Part shown: positions 52,461 to 62,798 of the stretch, one piece after another
Layout of the letters: every line of letters begins with the position of its first letter
How positions within the stretch are numbered: the first letter of the stretch is position 1
DNA from: an uncultured Methanoregulaceae archaeon
Lineage (GTDB): Archaea; Halobacteriota; Methanomicrobia; Methanomicrobiales; Methanospirillaceae
Direction of reading: 5' to 3'
Assembly (NCBI GenBank): GCA_963717525.1
Contig: OY970343.1
Location: 1,312,001-1,376,000 of the forward strand
Length of the DNA: 64,000 nt
The notes under the pieces: model-generated
What the model was told of the DNA's origin: nothing
Seen by the model: the letters and a program-made list of their open reading frames with translations, nothing else
Database searches by the model: none
Made by a program: the position numbers and the translations under genes

Positions 52461-53123
52461 TTATCCGCTTTTTTCATTAGTAGGTAATTCCCGGTAATAC
52501 CGGCACAGCGTGTTTATAACGCATTTTGGGCACTGCGGTTTTTTCGCCGTGCAGCAGGCCCGCCCGTGTGCGATGAACACATCCGTGAGATCGCCCCACT
52601 CCTTGTGGGGGAACAGGGCCATGAGGTCACGCTCGATCACCTTGACATCATCTGTGTCCGAGAACCCGATCCTCTGTGCCAGCCGGCGCACATGGGTGTC
52701 GACGGCGATGCCATGGTTCTTTGCAAAGCCGTGGTACAGGACGATGTTTGCGGTCTTCCTGCCGACACCGGGAATTGCAAGCAGGCTTTCCATGGTGTCC
52801 GGCACCTCCCCGCCATAGTCCGCGATCAGTGCCTGTGCCGCCGCAATGATGTTCCGCGCCTTTGCATGGTAAAAACCGAGGCTGTGTATAATCGGCTCCA
52901 CATCGGTGATCTTTGCATGGGCAAGGGCCTGCGGGGTCGGATAGGCCGAAAAGAGCGGCTCTTTTACCATGAGCACAGCCCGGTCGGTTGTCTGGGCGGA
53001 GAGGATGGTTAAGATGAGCACCTCAAAGGGCGTTCCCCGGCAGACCGTCGTAGGTGACTCACGGGCATCGGGGTACTGTTTTAGTAAAAGAGCATAGATC
53101 CGGCGGGCATCCTGTGCTTTCAT
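52461..53123 (-). CDS. nth: Endonuclease III
   Basis: LSAQTTD, PGVGRKTAN, VDTHV, C-x6-C-x2-C-x5-C. Confidence 0.95.
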   Translation of the reverse strand: MKAQDARRIYALLLKQYPDARESPTTVCRGTPFEVLILTILSAQTTDRAVLMVKEPLFSAYPTPQALAHAKITDVEPIIHSLGFYHAKARNIIAAAQALIADYGGEVPDTMESLLAIPGVGRKTANIVLYHGFAKNHGIAVDTHVRRLAQRIGFSDTDDVKVIERDLMALFPHKEWGDLTDVFIAHGRACCTAKKPQCPKCVINTLCRYYRELPTNEKSG

Positions 53124-53130
53124 ATCCTCA

Positions 53131-53205
53131 TGGGGTAGGGCGGATTCGAACCGCCGTCAAAGCGTCCCAAACGCTCTAGGATGGACCAGGCTACCCTACT
53201 ACCCC
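53131..53205 (-). tRNA. trnP: tRNA-Pro(TGG)
   Basis: GGGGTAG/CTACCCC acceptor, TTTGGGA anticodon loop, GTTCGAATC. Confidence 0.95.
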
Positions 53206-53324
53206 GCGTCCTACAATATTGTCCGTGGCCGCTAAAAATACCTGCCGTTAATGGGTTCCTTAAAATCACAGGAGCCAACCGAATTCTCACCCGACCAGGG
53301 AAAGCCGATAAAATAATGTGAGAG

Positions 53325-53436
53325 TCCCCCGCCTCAGGGCCTCTCCGGGGCATGGAGGGGCATGAACGTTTTGGGTTTTGTATTATCGCTGATCCACCGC
53401 GGGGTTGCCTCTCCGGGGGAGGCGGCGTTTATCGTT
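53325..53436 (-). repeat. REPIN-like doublet, diverged
   Basis: Reverse-complement modules B (CCCCGCCTCAGGGCC..GGGGC) and A (GATCCACCGCGGGG..GGCGGC). Confidence 0.78.
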
Positions 53437-53499
53437 CACGGGGAGGGGAAGAGCAATCTCCTCACCGCATCGGAACAATCCGGTTTTCAAAAGAAAAAT

Positions 53500-54204
53500 T
53501 TACAGCGGGAGAATCTTCTTCTTTGTCCCGCTGACGATGGAACCATCGCATTTTCCAAGAAGAAGGGCGTCGGAAAGGTTCTCCGGTCTCGTACCATCGA
53601 GCACCACGAGGGGGATATGGCTGCGCTCCACCACACGGGCGGCGATGATATCGAGGACATTATGGGAGCCGGCGCCAAGGCCACCCTTTCCCACGATCCC
53701 GAGCAGCTGCTGCGGGGTAAGGGTCCGGTGGTGTTTTGCCCCGGGATACTTGTTGGGGTCTTTGTCGTAGATGCCATTAACCGAGGTTACGTTCACAAAA
53801 ACATCCGCCTGTACCCTTTCTGCAAGGACCGCAGCGACGGCGTCCGTTGTCTGGCCCGGGGTGATACCACCCATGACGACGATCTTTTTTGACTCGGCGA
53901 ACTTCTTTGCCTCGGAATGGCTCTCGGCAACCTTCGGGTATGCAGCCTCGCCCAGCGCGGCAATCAGGAGCGTCGCGTTGAGCCGGGTCACGAGAATGCC
54001 GATCTCGTCCGCGGTGCCCTCATCGATGCCCAGTTTCCGTGCCACCGCAATATAGTCTCGTGCCCCGCCGCCGCCCCCGACGACTACGAAGAGCCGGTGC
54101 TTCGCGGCGATCTTTGTAAGGACCGGAAGATAGGCCGGGATACGGTTATTTTCCAGTTCCGGGATCAGGATCGAGCCGCCCAGCGAGATAACGACCGTCT
54201 TCAT
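53500..54204 (-). CDS. pyrH: UMP kinase
   Basis: SLGGS, VVGGG, PGQTTD, YDKDP. Confidence 0.95.
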   Translation of the reverse strand: MKTVVISLGGSILIPELENNRIPAYLPVLTKIAAKHRLFVVVGGGGGARDYIAVARKLGIDEGTADEIGILVTRLNATLLIAALGEAAYPKVAESHSEAKKFAESKKIVVMGGITPGQTTDAVAAVLAERVQADVFVNVTSVNGIYDKDPNKYPGAKHHRTLTPQQLLGIVGKGGLGAGSHNVLDIIAARVVERSHIPLVVLDGTRPENLSDALLLGKCDGSIVSGTKKKILPL

Positions 54205-54440
54205 TGCACTAGTTTTTGTACAGGATGCTCATATAGAGTTGTTCTAAGGAAGTTCCGACCATGTTGTGCTGTCCGGTCTGCAAGAGCCGCGAGATCTTCC
54301 CGGTTGCCGGGGGATATATGGGGCAGGTGTATCTCTGCAAGAACTGCAAATACCGGGGATCGTTTGTCCTTGAAGTGGACGACGAGGCGGCCGGATGTGA
54401 TGCAAAGGAAGAGCCGGGGAGTTGACGGGCGGGATCGGGT

Positions 54441-55455
54441 ATGCATGAAGCACGCCAGTACGTAAAGATAGAGAACCGGGCGGTGAAGTGTTCGCTGTGC
54501 AACCACCGCTGCACGATTGCCGACGGGAAACACGGGATCTGCGGTGTCCGTCAGAATACCGGCGGGACACTGTATGCCAGCACATACGGTCTCGTGAGTG
54601 CCGAAGCGGTGGATCCCATCGAGAAAAAACCGCTCTTCCATTACCTGCCCGGCACCCTCTCGTATTCTCTCGGCGGCATCGGGTGCAATTTCCGGTGCGA
54701 GCACTGCCAGAACTGGCATATATCGCAGGCAGACGCAACAATCGCCCGCCTTTCCCCGCTCTCCCCGGAAGAGGGGGTCGCCCGTGCCCTCGCAAGCGGG
54801 AGCGCGAGCATCTCGTGGACCTATAACGAGCCGACGATCTGGCACGAGTATACGCTTGACATGGGCACGCTCGCACGGGCCCGGGGTCTGGGGACCTGCT
54901 ACGTGACGAATGGCTACATCACCGAAGAGGCCCTGCGGGAACTCTCTCCCATGCTTGCCGCGTTCCGGGTGGATCTCAAGGCGTTCACTGACGAGTTTTA
55001 TAAGAAGATCTGTGGGGCGCACCTCCAGCCGGTGCTGGATGCAGCGGTCGTTGCACGGGAGCTTGGCATGCACATCGAGACCGTGACGCTCGTCATCCCC
55101 GGGGCGAACGACAGCATGGAAGAGCAGGAGTCCCTCATCCGGTGGGTGATCGAGCACCTAGGCCCCGAAACCCCGATGCATTTCTCCGCGTTCCACCCGG
55201 ATTACCGGATGAGGGACCGTGGCGCAACGCCGGTCGCGCTTCTCGAGAAGATCTGTACCCGGGCAAAAGAACTCGGGCTCCGGTTCCCGTACCTGGGAAA
55301 TGTCCCCCACAGCCGGTACCAGAACACGTACTGCCCGGCCTGCGGCGCAATGCTCATCGAACGGCGGGGGTTCTCCAGCCGCATCACAGGTCTTGACGAC
55401 CGGCAAGTGTACCAGCTGCGGCGAGAAGATCGAGATCGTGCGCCATGCCGGATAA
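54441..55455 (+). CDS. amrS: AmmeMemoRadiSAM system radical SAM enzyme, frameshift near 55400
   Basis: DPIEKKPL, CNFRCEHCQN, TYNEP; the terminal KCTSCG zinc knuckle is in another frame. Confidence 0.9.
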
Positions 55456-55939
55456 CATCGCTTCCCAAGAGACCCGGTTTCTCGCAGACCGGATGCTGGG
55501 CACCCTCACCCGGTACCTCCGGTTCATGGGCTACGACACGATCAGCGCAAACGGGTTCCGGACCGGGAATGCCGACGAGGACACCCGGCTCCTTGCGCTT
55601 GCACAGAGCGAACACCGGATCCTCCTGACCCGGGACCACGAGCTTGCCCGTCGGGGCGGCGGGCATGCGGTGCTTGTCACGGCTGGCGACGTGCTCGTGC
55701 AGGTGCAGCAGCTTGCCGATCTCGGCCTTGTCGAACGGCGCCTCCCCATGAGCCGGTGCTCGCTCTGCAATACCATAATCCGGGTTGCAACCGAAGAAGA
55801 GATAGCGTCTGCCGGATACGCGCCGCGTGACCGGACCGGCTACACGTTTTTCTGGTGCGACCAGTGCAGGAAACTGTACTGGAACGGCTCACACGGCAAA
55901 CGCCTCCAGGAACGCATCGATTCCGGGCTCAGATCCTGA
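55445..55939 (+). CDS. Mut7-C RNase domain protein
   Basis: FLADRMLG, LTRD, RCSLCN, CDQCRKLYWNGSH. Confidence 0.92.
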   Translation: MPDNIASQETRFLADRMLGTLTRYLRFMGYDTISANGFRTGNADEDTRLLALAQSEHRILLTRDHELARRGGGHAVLVTAGDVLVQVQQLADLGLVERRLPMSRCSLCNTIIRVATEEEIASAGYAPRDRTGYTFFWCDQCRKLYWNGSHGKRLQERIDSGLRS

Positions 55940-56036
55940 TCTGGCGGTTTTTACTCTCTCCTGCACTAATATCACCCGGGGCTCCCCCGGGAGGAAATAA
56001 AATAGGTTAGCATTTCCCGTGCCTGAAGGGGTATGA

Positions 56037-56411
56037 TTGCCTGAACGAGGCAGTAAAAAGGGTCTCCCGTCATCCGGATGCCCCCTGCCAGCCGCATGGG
56101 ATGCTACCGGCAGTGGATCCCGGGTGTTTCTCCGAAAAACCGCACCCGGTTTTGGCTCGAACAGGACCACTTTATTTTCTGGCAATAAACGCATTCCTGG
56201 CCCTTCCGGCATCCCGCATGATTAGTTGAACCTCCCGCTTTTTCGCGATGAAAAAAACGCTTATAAATTGCACGGTTTTTTCCTGATTAAAACGGTCATT
56301 TTCTGAAAATAATGATTTATAAAGAGAATTTTGTCGGGCGTTGGCACTATTTCCACTGGAACCCCACAGCCCCGGATTTGACCAGGAAACTCTCCGTCGG
56401 AGAAAGGATCC
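56037..56411. repeat. ~380-bp non-coding element, copy 2, containing an ORB-like box (56349-56362)
   Basis: Aligns with 34815-35197 in the same orientation. Confidence 0.85.
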
Positions 56412-56588
56412 CATGAAAGTGTACTTTCAGGTCATGGGCTCCATTAATAAAGCAAATGATGTACCAAATCTGGGGGATTTGCAAGAGGTAGATTTCCTCA
56501 GGAACCACTGTCAAAAGCCGGGAGAGATATCAGCATGGAAGAGCTTAGAAGAGGAATTCTTATTGTTCGTCCTACCATAATCACGAGT

Positions 56589-57183
56589 ATGAAAATTATT
56601 GTTCCCCTGCTCCTCCTGATCGCAATTACTGCCGCGATCATCGGATGCACACAATCTGTATCTTCAGGCACTGCCCCGGCACCGGTCCAGACCCCGGTAA
56701 ACACCCCTGCTCCGACACCCTCTCCTGAAGTACAACTTTCCACTCCAACCCCATCTCCGACCGCGATGATCACAACAGGTCAAACACAACCGCCGGGCAA
56801 TCCCGGAGAGCGCCGGTCTGACTACTATCCGGACAATCATCGGGATAGGCAATGAAACGGTAACAAACGTCTCGATTCCGTCAAGTTACTGGGAACTCTG
56901 GTATACTGCAGACCCCCTTACCATGGGAGGACAGAATGCTCAGTCTGTGTCATCGGCTTCTGCGGTTTTTCCCAGCCTCACCATTACGATCGTTGATCAT
57001 AATTCAGGAAAGATCTTCGATACGGTACAACCCCCGGGAGGCCTGGACTCCACACTCTGGCAGAGAGTGGGCGATCCCCGGCCCTGGTCACAGAAATACT
57101 ATTCCGGGGATTCGGTTTACGACTTTGAGATCAGCGGGCAGAATCTCCGGTCGTATACCATAGACATTCGTGTCCGGTCGTGA
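56589..57183 (+). CDS. Lipoprotein-like secreted protein, frameshift near 56800
   Basis: IIGC lipobox-like motif and P/T linker; YWELWYTADP...SYTIDIRV in a second frame. Confidence 0.7.
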
Positions 57184-57248
57184 GTTTTTTTTTACACGAT
57201 ACATTACCAATTCAAACCTATTTTCCGTATTTTCCCTCACCAAAATAT

Positions 57249-57481
57249 GCCCGTAAAACCGTCCGATTCCATAGGAGACAAATCAGACGGATTTTATCGC
57301 CCAATTTGCCAAAATAAGGCCAAATTGAGCCCCATATAACACCCATAATCGGGCTATAGTGGCCTTTTTTCGGCCTCTTTTTTCGGGATCCATCAATTGC
57401 CCGTTTTATGCGAGATTGGCCCGTAAAACACGTATATGTGAACCTTTTAATTTGTCCGTTTGCCAAAATAAGGCCAAATTG
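57249..57481 (+). repeat. Degenerate tandem duplication in a long intergenic region
   Basis: GCCCGTAAAAC at 57249 and 57419; TTTGCCAAAATAAGGCCAAATTG at 57305 and 57459. Confidence 0.8.
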
Positions 57482-57880
57482 GGATTATTATGAAAAGGAG
57501 CCCGATACAAGCTCCGTTTGAATCCCGGAAAGGCCAATCCGGGCTCAATACGGGCCCGTATGGGTGGAGAAAGGATCGGGGATGTGCTGAGGGGGGTCCC
57601 CGTTGCCTATTAGTTACAATTTAGAATTTTTCAGATCGTTCGGGAGAAGAGAGTACGAATTTTTCGGGAAATTTTGGAAAGGGGGGAGAAATTTCTAAGA
57701 ATGAGTAACTGCCGGGGCGTTCTTTTTCCGGAATTGCCGGCTCGCGACTCGAACTTTTTTAAAAATCTTCATCTGATGAGTCGCTCTTTTTCCGGAATCC
57801 TCATCTCATGACCCGATCTTTTTTGGAAATCTTTGGCAAGGGCCTGAATGGATCATTCGGATCTGGGGGAGGTGAATCAT

Positions 57881-58031
57881 GATGATGGGGGCTGATGCCT
57901 CCACGCCCCCACGAGCGAGGAGTGCAGCCGCCCCGAGGGGGCACCCTCCGGCGGATCAGGGAGAAAGTTCGGACACTCTCACTCGCCCCGCCGTGCCCCG
58001 CGAGGGGCCCTGAGGCGGGGAGCCATCGCTC
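57881..58031 (+). repeat. REP-like cluster C-A-spacer-B
   Basis: All three modules present; GAGCGA...TCGCTC ends around A-B. Confidence 0.88.
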
Positions 58032-58086
58032 AATTATCACAATAGGTAAAAACAGACGAGCCAAAAATGAAAAAGGAATTACTCAA

Positions 58087-60042
58087 TTATTTCTTATCGG
58101 CCAGCACCTTCTCAATCTCTTTCCGGAGAAGCTCACTGACAACCTTCCCGTCCACCGATCCCCGGACTTCCTGCATCACCACACCCATGAGGGGGCCGAG
58201 CGCCGCCTTCTGCTTCTGGGCGACGAACTCAACACGCCCCGCGACGATCTTTTTGATCACCGCTTCGAGCTCGTCGCGGGAGACGGCCGGGGCAAGCTTG
58301 GCCATTGCCTGCTCAGCGGTACTTCCCCCGGCGATGGCCGTGAGGATCTCCGGGATGGCCTCTTTTGCTACTTCCTTATGGAGCGCGGCGGAACCAGATA
58401 CGCTGACGTGTCCACTGCCGGTGACTGACTTAAGCACGGCAAGGATCGCATCGTCCGTTATCTTATCGGTATCTGCACCGTCACGGCGGATCTCCGTGAG
58501 GGTTGCAAGGAGCGTGCGGGACGCGAGGTTTGCCTTGATCCCCGCGGACAGCGCACGCTCGAAGAGGGGGCGGTACTCAGAGAACGCCATCTGCCGCGCA
58601 ACCGCGGGAGCGAGCCCGAGGTCTTTTTCATACCGTTCTGCCTTGACGGTCAGGAGTTCCGGCACGGTCACTACGTTCCACCGGGCCTTATCGATCCGGA
58701 CCGGGAGCACATCGGTCTCGGGGTACATCCTTTCTGCACCGGGGAGGGGGCGCATGTACGCGGTGCTGCCCTCTTCGAGCATCTTCCTCGTTTCTTCGGG
58801 CACGGGCTTGTCCGAGAGGGCAAGCTTCGCCCGGTTGTGTACCTGGTTCCATGCGCAGCCTGCCTGCTTCTCGTTTGCGCCGGCAACGAGGATTACGCAG
58901 TCCTTTTCTTGTGCGTGGACGAACTCCCGGAGGCGTCCGACCTCTTCTGCGGTGACGCCATACGCGGGCAGTTCATCGGTGTGGAAGATCCCGCCGACCC
59001 CGCACTTCTTCGCATAATCCGACATCTCGCTCCCGAGCCGCCGGCCGGGCTGGATCTCACGGCCGACAAGGCCGGGAAAGCCCGGCAGAACAAGGGCATA
59101 GATCTTCTTTGCCTTTTTGAGAACGGCTGATTTGGTCTCCTTGAAGAGATCCGTGATATCTATCTTATCTGTCCCAACACTTGCGTGGCGCTTTTTCAAC
59201 TCCGCATGGATGGCAAGCAGCTCCCGCTGTCGCTGGACTTCCCGGCGAACGACCTCCGCGATCAGGGCGAGGTCCTGCACACCCTTGATCTCGACCCGGG
59301 CGCCATCTCTGATAGAAATATTGACATCCTGCCGGATCGTCCCGAGGCCGCGCTTGACCGCGCCGGTCGACCGGAGCACCATGCCGATGTACTCGGCGAC
59401 CTGCTGGACGTCCTCGGGAGTGTGCATGCAGGGCGAGGTCGTGATCTCAACGAGCGGGATGCCGAGCCGGTCAAGCGAGAAGATGTCGTCTTTAACCCTT
59501 TGTGCCGCTTCCTCCTCGATACAGATCGTCTCGATGCTCCCGCCATTCGGGAGGGCGCCGTTGATGGCGACAAGGGCCGTCCGCTGGAACCCGCTCGTGT
59601 TGGAGCCGTCGATCACGAGCTTTCGCATCGTATGAATCTGCGGGATCGGCGTCATGCCAAACGTCTTTGCAAGAGTGAGGCCGATGGAAAGCGCCTCGTC
59701 GTTGAGTGGCGCAGGCGGCTCCTCATCGTTCTCGACAAGGCAGGTTGAGGGGTACGTGTAATACTGGAATTTGCGCACCCGCTTCATCTCCTCCTGTGCG
59801 GCCCGGTCGATCTCGCCCATCTCGCTCTCGGTCGCCCGGAGGTACCGGAAGAACTCTCCCGTGTGCCCGGTGGTGTCCATGAGCGTCGTCGGGCAATGGC
59901 AGAAGAGTTTCTCTTTGGTGTCGAGCTGCTGGTGGATCTCGATACCGGCCACGAGGCCCACATCTTTATAGTTGGTTTTCGGCAGGACGAGTTTTCCATC
60001 CACTATGGATAAGACTGTGTGCCCAAATTCATTACAGTCCAT
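58087..60042 (-). CDS. gatE: Glu-tRNA(Gln) amidotransferase subunit E
   Basis: GIEIHQQL, RKLVIDGSNTSGFQRT, RGLGTIRQD, RMYPETD. Confidence 0.97.
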   Translation of the reverse strand: MDCNEFGHTVLSIVDGKLVLPKTNYKDVGLVAGIEIHQQLDTKEKLFCHCPTTLMDTTGHTGEFFRYLRATESEMGEIDRAAQEEMKRVRKFQYYTYPSTCLVENDEEPPAPLNDEALSIGLTLAKTFGMTPIPQIHTMRKLVIDGSNTSGFQRTALVAINGALPNGGSIETICIEEEAAQRVKDDIFSLDRLGIPLVEITTSPCMHTPEDVQQVAEYIGMVLRSTGAVKRGLGTIRQDVNISIRDGARVEIKGVQDLALIAEVVRREVQRQRELLAIHAELKKRHASVGTDKIDITDLFKETKSAVLKKAKKIYALVLPGFPGLVGREIQPGRRLGSEMSDYAKKCGVGGIFHTDELPAYGVTAEEVGRLREFVHAQEKDCVILVAGANEKQAGCAWNQVHNRAKLALSDKPVPEETRKMLEEGSTAYMRPLPGAERMYPETDVLPVRIDKARWNVVTVPELLTVKAERYEKDLGLAPAVARQMAFSEYRPLFERALSAGIKANLASRTLLATLTEIRRDGADTDKITDDAILAVLKSVTGSGHVSVSGSAALHKEVAKEAIPEILTAIAGGSTAEQAMAKLAPAVSRDELEAVIKKIVAGRVEFVAQKQKAALGPLMGVVMQEVRGSVDGKVVSELLRKEIEKVLADKK

Positions 60043-61270
60043 GGGCACTCCTCCGCATGCATTCGCCTTTGAGATCGGTCTTCATCAGCGCCGCTGCTTT
60101 TGCCGGGTCTTTCTCATTTGCCAGCACCCACATCTGCTTGACAAGCGCCACTTCGGCGAGCATGTCGCCACCTTCGATGACTCCCGCTGCAAGGAGGTCG
60201 CGACCCGTATCGTAGACCCGGTCGCAGACCCGGCCGTTCATGCACTGCGAGGTCATGACCACCTGCGTCCCGCCCGCGATCAGATTTCTTATCTGCGGGA
60301 TCATGGCCGTGCTGACGTGTCCGAGGCCGGTGCCCGAGAGGATAAGCCCTTTGTATCCCGCGTATGCTTTCAGGAGATCGGGGGACATGCCCGGGTAGAA
60401 CTGGAGGAGGCCGCAGTGCGGTTCGAGCTTATCGTGCAGGGCGAGTTTGTGCGTACCCCTCCGGACTGCCTCACCGGTCAGGGTCACGGTGCGGGTGGCA
60501 TAGTCCACGGTGCCGACCGGGGGAATACCGATACTCAGGAATGCGTCGCGCCGGGAGGTATGCATCTTCCGCACCCTCGTTCCCCGGTGGATGGCGCAGG
60601 AGTCGTCGTTCGTGGTCGCGTGCATGACAACTGCCACTTCCCCGAGATCGCTTTCTGCCGCGAGCGCCGCACAGACCCCGTTCATCGCATTGTCGCTTGA
60701 CGGGCGGTCGGCTGAACGCTGGGACCCTACGAAGATGACCGGGACCGGGGTGTCGATCATGAAACTGAGGGCGGCCGCACTGTAGGCCATCGTGTCCGTG
60801 CCATGGGTAACGATCACACCCGTTACGCCGTGTTTGATCTCATCATAGACGGCTTTTGCGAGTTCCTGCCAGATCGCCGGCGTCATGTTCTCGGAGAGGA
60901 TTGTGTAGAGCACCTTTGTGCGGTACCGCCCGATCTCCGCAAGCGCCGGGATCGCGGTCAGGATATCGTCCGCGTCGAACTGGCTGGTCACGGCCCCGGT
61001 CCGGTAATCGATCCGGCTTGCGATCGTGCCACCGGTCGAGATGATGGCAAGCTCGGGAAGCTTCGGGTCCTGTCGGATTGGCGCCGCACGGGGCGCAGAT
61101 GCAGGTGCGGGGGAGACGAGCGTGCAGAACGCTTTTTCGACGCCGATATTGTAACCGCTTGAGAGTTTTACGACCGCCATGCCGTCGCGATCGGTGATGT
61201 AGGTCCCGGAAAGTGTTTTGTTGCCATAGGTGCAGGAAATATGGTCGCCGGCAGAAAACGAATGCGTTAT
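60032..61270 (-). CDS. gatD: Glu-tRNA(Gln) amidotransferase subunit D (start appears to be ATA at 61270)
   Basis: KL.SGYNIG, TGGTIASR, HGTDT, GSQRSADRP, KMHTSRRDAF; frame open upstream to 61270. Confidence 0.95.
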   Translation of the reverse strand: MTHSFSAGDHISCTYGNKTLSGTYITDRDGMAVVKLSSGYNIGVEKAFCTLVSPAPASAPRAAPIRQDPKLPELAIISTGGTIASRIDYRTGAVTSQFDADDILTAIPALAEIGRYRTKVLYTILSENMTPAIWQELAKAVYDEIKHGVTGVIVTHGTDTMAYSAAALSFMIDTPVPVIFVGSQRSADRPSSDNAMNGVCAALAAESDLGEVAVVMHATTNDDSCAIHRGTRVRKMHTSRRDAFLSIGIPPVGTVDYATRTVTLTGEAVRRGTHKLALHDKLEPHCGLLQFYPGMSPDLLKAYAGYKGLILSGTGLGHVSTAMIPQIRNLIAGGTQVVMTSQCMNGRVCDRVYDTGRDLLAAGVIEGGDMLAEVALVKQMWVLANEKDPAKAAALMKTDLKGECMRRSAHGL

Positions 61271-62748
61271 GCTACCAGCCTCCGTGCATCGGAGATCAGG
61301 TCCTCTTTTGCCTTTGAGATCTTTGCGAGACGCTCATCGATGAACGCCGAGTCCGTGTCGAGAAGTTTCTTCCGGTCCGCTATTGCAATCTTTGTGGCAA
61401 ACGGTGCCGGCCCACCGGTCGCCCGCCGGAGACCGACCGAGTTTGTCACATCAAGAGCTTTATCGATCTGGTCCTGCGTGAGCCCCTTATTGGCAAGCGA
61501 GATCCCGAGATCGAGCTCTTTTGCCGCCGCTTCCAGGGTCTCAAGGGAGAGATTTCCCTTCTGGACTGCCCGGCCGACGATGTTGTGGGCCATGCGAAAG
61601 GGGAGACCGTAATCCCGTACGAGGGTATCGGCAAGCTCGGTTGCCGTGGAGAACCCCTTGCCGGCCTCCTCTTTCATGCGCTCAGTGTCAAATGTGGCGC
61701 TCGAAAGCATGTCGATGAGGAGGCGCAGGCTTTCTTTAGCATCCCGCATCCCGCGCCAGATGTTGGGGGTGAGCTCCTGGAGGTCGCGGTTGTAGCTCAT
61801 GGGGAGACCCTTAACCGTCATGAGCGCTCCCGTGAAGGTCCCGAAGACCGACCCGGTCTTTGCCCGCATGATCTCGGCGGTGTCCGGGTTCTTCTTCTGC
61901 GGCATGATCGACGAGGTCGAGCAGAACGCATCGTCGAGAGTGACGAACTTCACAAACGAGGTGCTCCAGATGACCAGCTCCTCGCAGAGCCGGCTCACGT
62001 TTGCCATCAGGATGGAGAGATCGGCAAGGGTTTCAAGGGCAAAGTCCCGGGTCGCCACGGCGTCCATGGTGTTGACGACCAGACCATCGAACACGAGCAG
62101 TTTTGCGATGTACTCGCGGTCGATGGGGTACCCGGTGGATGCAAATGCAGCCGCCCCGAGCGGGCAGAGGTTGACCCGGGCGTACGCGTCGCGTAGCCGG
62201 TCGAAGTCCCGGGTGAACTGCTGCTCATAGGCAAGGAGGTGATGGGCGAGGGTGGTAGGCTGGGCGTGCTGCATATGGGTGAAACCGGGCATGACCGACT
62301 CCCGGTGCTGCTCAGCAAGCGCGATGAGCACTTCGCGGACCTTGAGGAGTGCCGCCATCTGCTTGAGCATGTCTTCCCGGAGCTTGAGCCGGATACAGGT
62401 CGCCACCTCATCGTTGCGCGACCTCCCCATGTGCATGCGGCCGCCGACATCCGGGCCCACAGCCTCGATTAAGAGTGATTCAATCCCCGCGTGGACGTCC
62501 TCGAACCGGTCGTCAAAGACCTCCTCGGGGACCCCTTCGCTGTTGAGCTCGAGCAGCGCCGGCAGGAGCTGCTTTGCGATATCGGTGCTGATGATCTTCT
62601 GCCGTTCGAGCATCAGTACATGGGCGATATCCACGAGCACGTCGGCATCGGCAATACAGCGGTCGGATCGCATCGATGAGAGGAAGCGCATCATCTCTCC
62701 CGTCCTCTCCCCCGAAAGGCGTCCCAGTCTTACTACATCGGTCCGCAT
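61267..62748 (-). CDS. argH: Argininosuccinate lyase
   Basis: GRSRND, MPGFTHMQHAQP, SSIMPQKKNPD, YNRDLQE. Confidence 0.97.
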   Translation of the reverse strand: MRTDVVRLGRLSGERTGEMMRFLSSMRSDRCIADADVLVDIAHVLMLERQKIISTDIAKQLLPALLELNSEGVPEEVFDDRFEDVHAGIESLLIEAVGPDVGGRMHMGRSRNDEVATCIRLKLREDMLKQMAALLKVREVLIALAEQHRESVMPGFTHMQHAQPTTLAHHLLAYEQQFTRDFDRLRDAYARVNLCPLGAAAFASTGYPIDREYIAKLLVFDGLVVNTMDAVATRDFALETLADLSILMANVSRLCEELVIWSTSFVKFVTLDDAFCSTSSIMPQKKNPDTAEIMRAKTGSVFGTFTGALMTVKGLPMSYNRDLQELTPNIWRGMRDAKESLRLLIDMLSSATFDTERMKEEAGKGFSTATELADTLVRDYGLPFRMAHNIVGRAVQKGNLSLETLEAAAKELDLGISLANKGLTQDQIDKALDVTNSVGLRRATGGPAPFATKIAIADRKKLLDTDSAFIDERLAKISKAKEDLISDARRLVA

Positions 62749-62798
62749 CCGTTCTTCCTCACCATACTAATGTACACTCATGTGTGTGCGTGGATCGA

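Noticed and set aside
57744..57784. Hammerhead ribozyme (CTGATGA with GCGACTC/GAGTCGC stem)
   Set aside because: No correctly placed GAAA, and the stem consumes the core GA.
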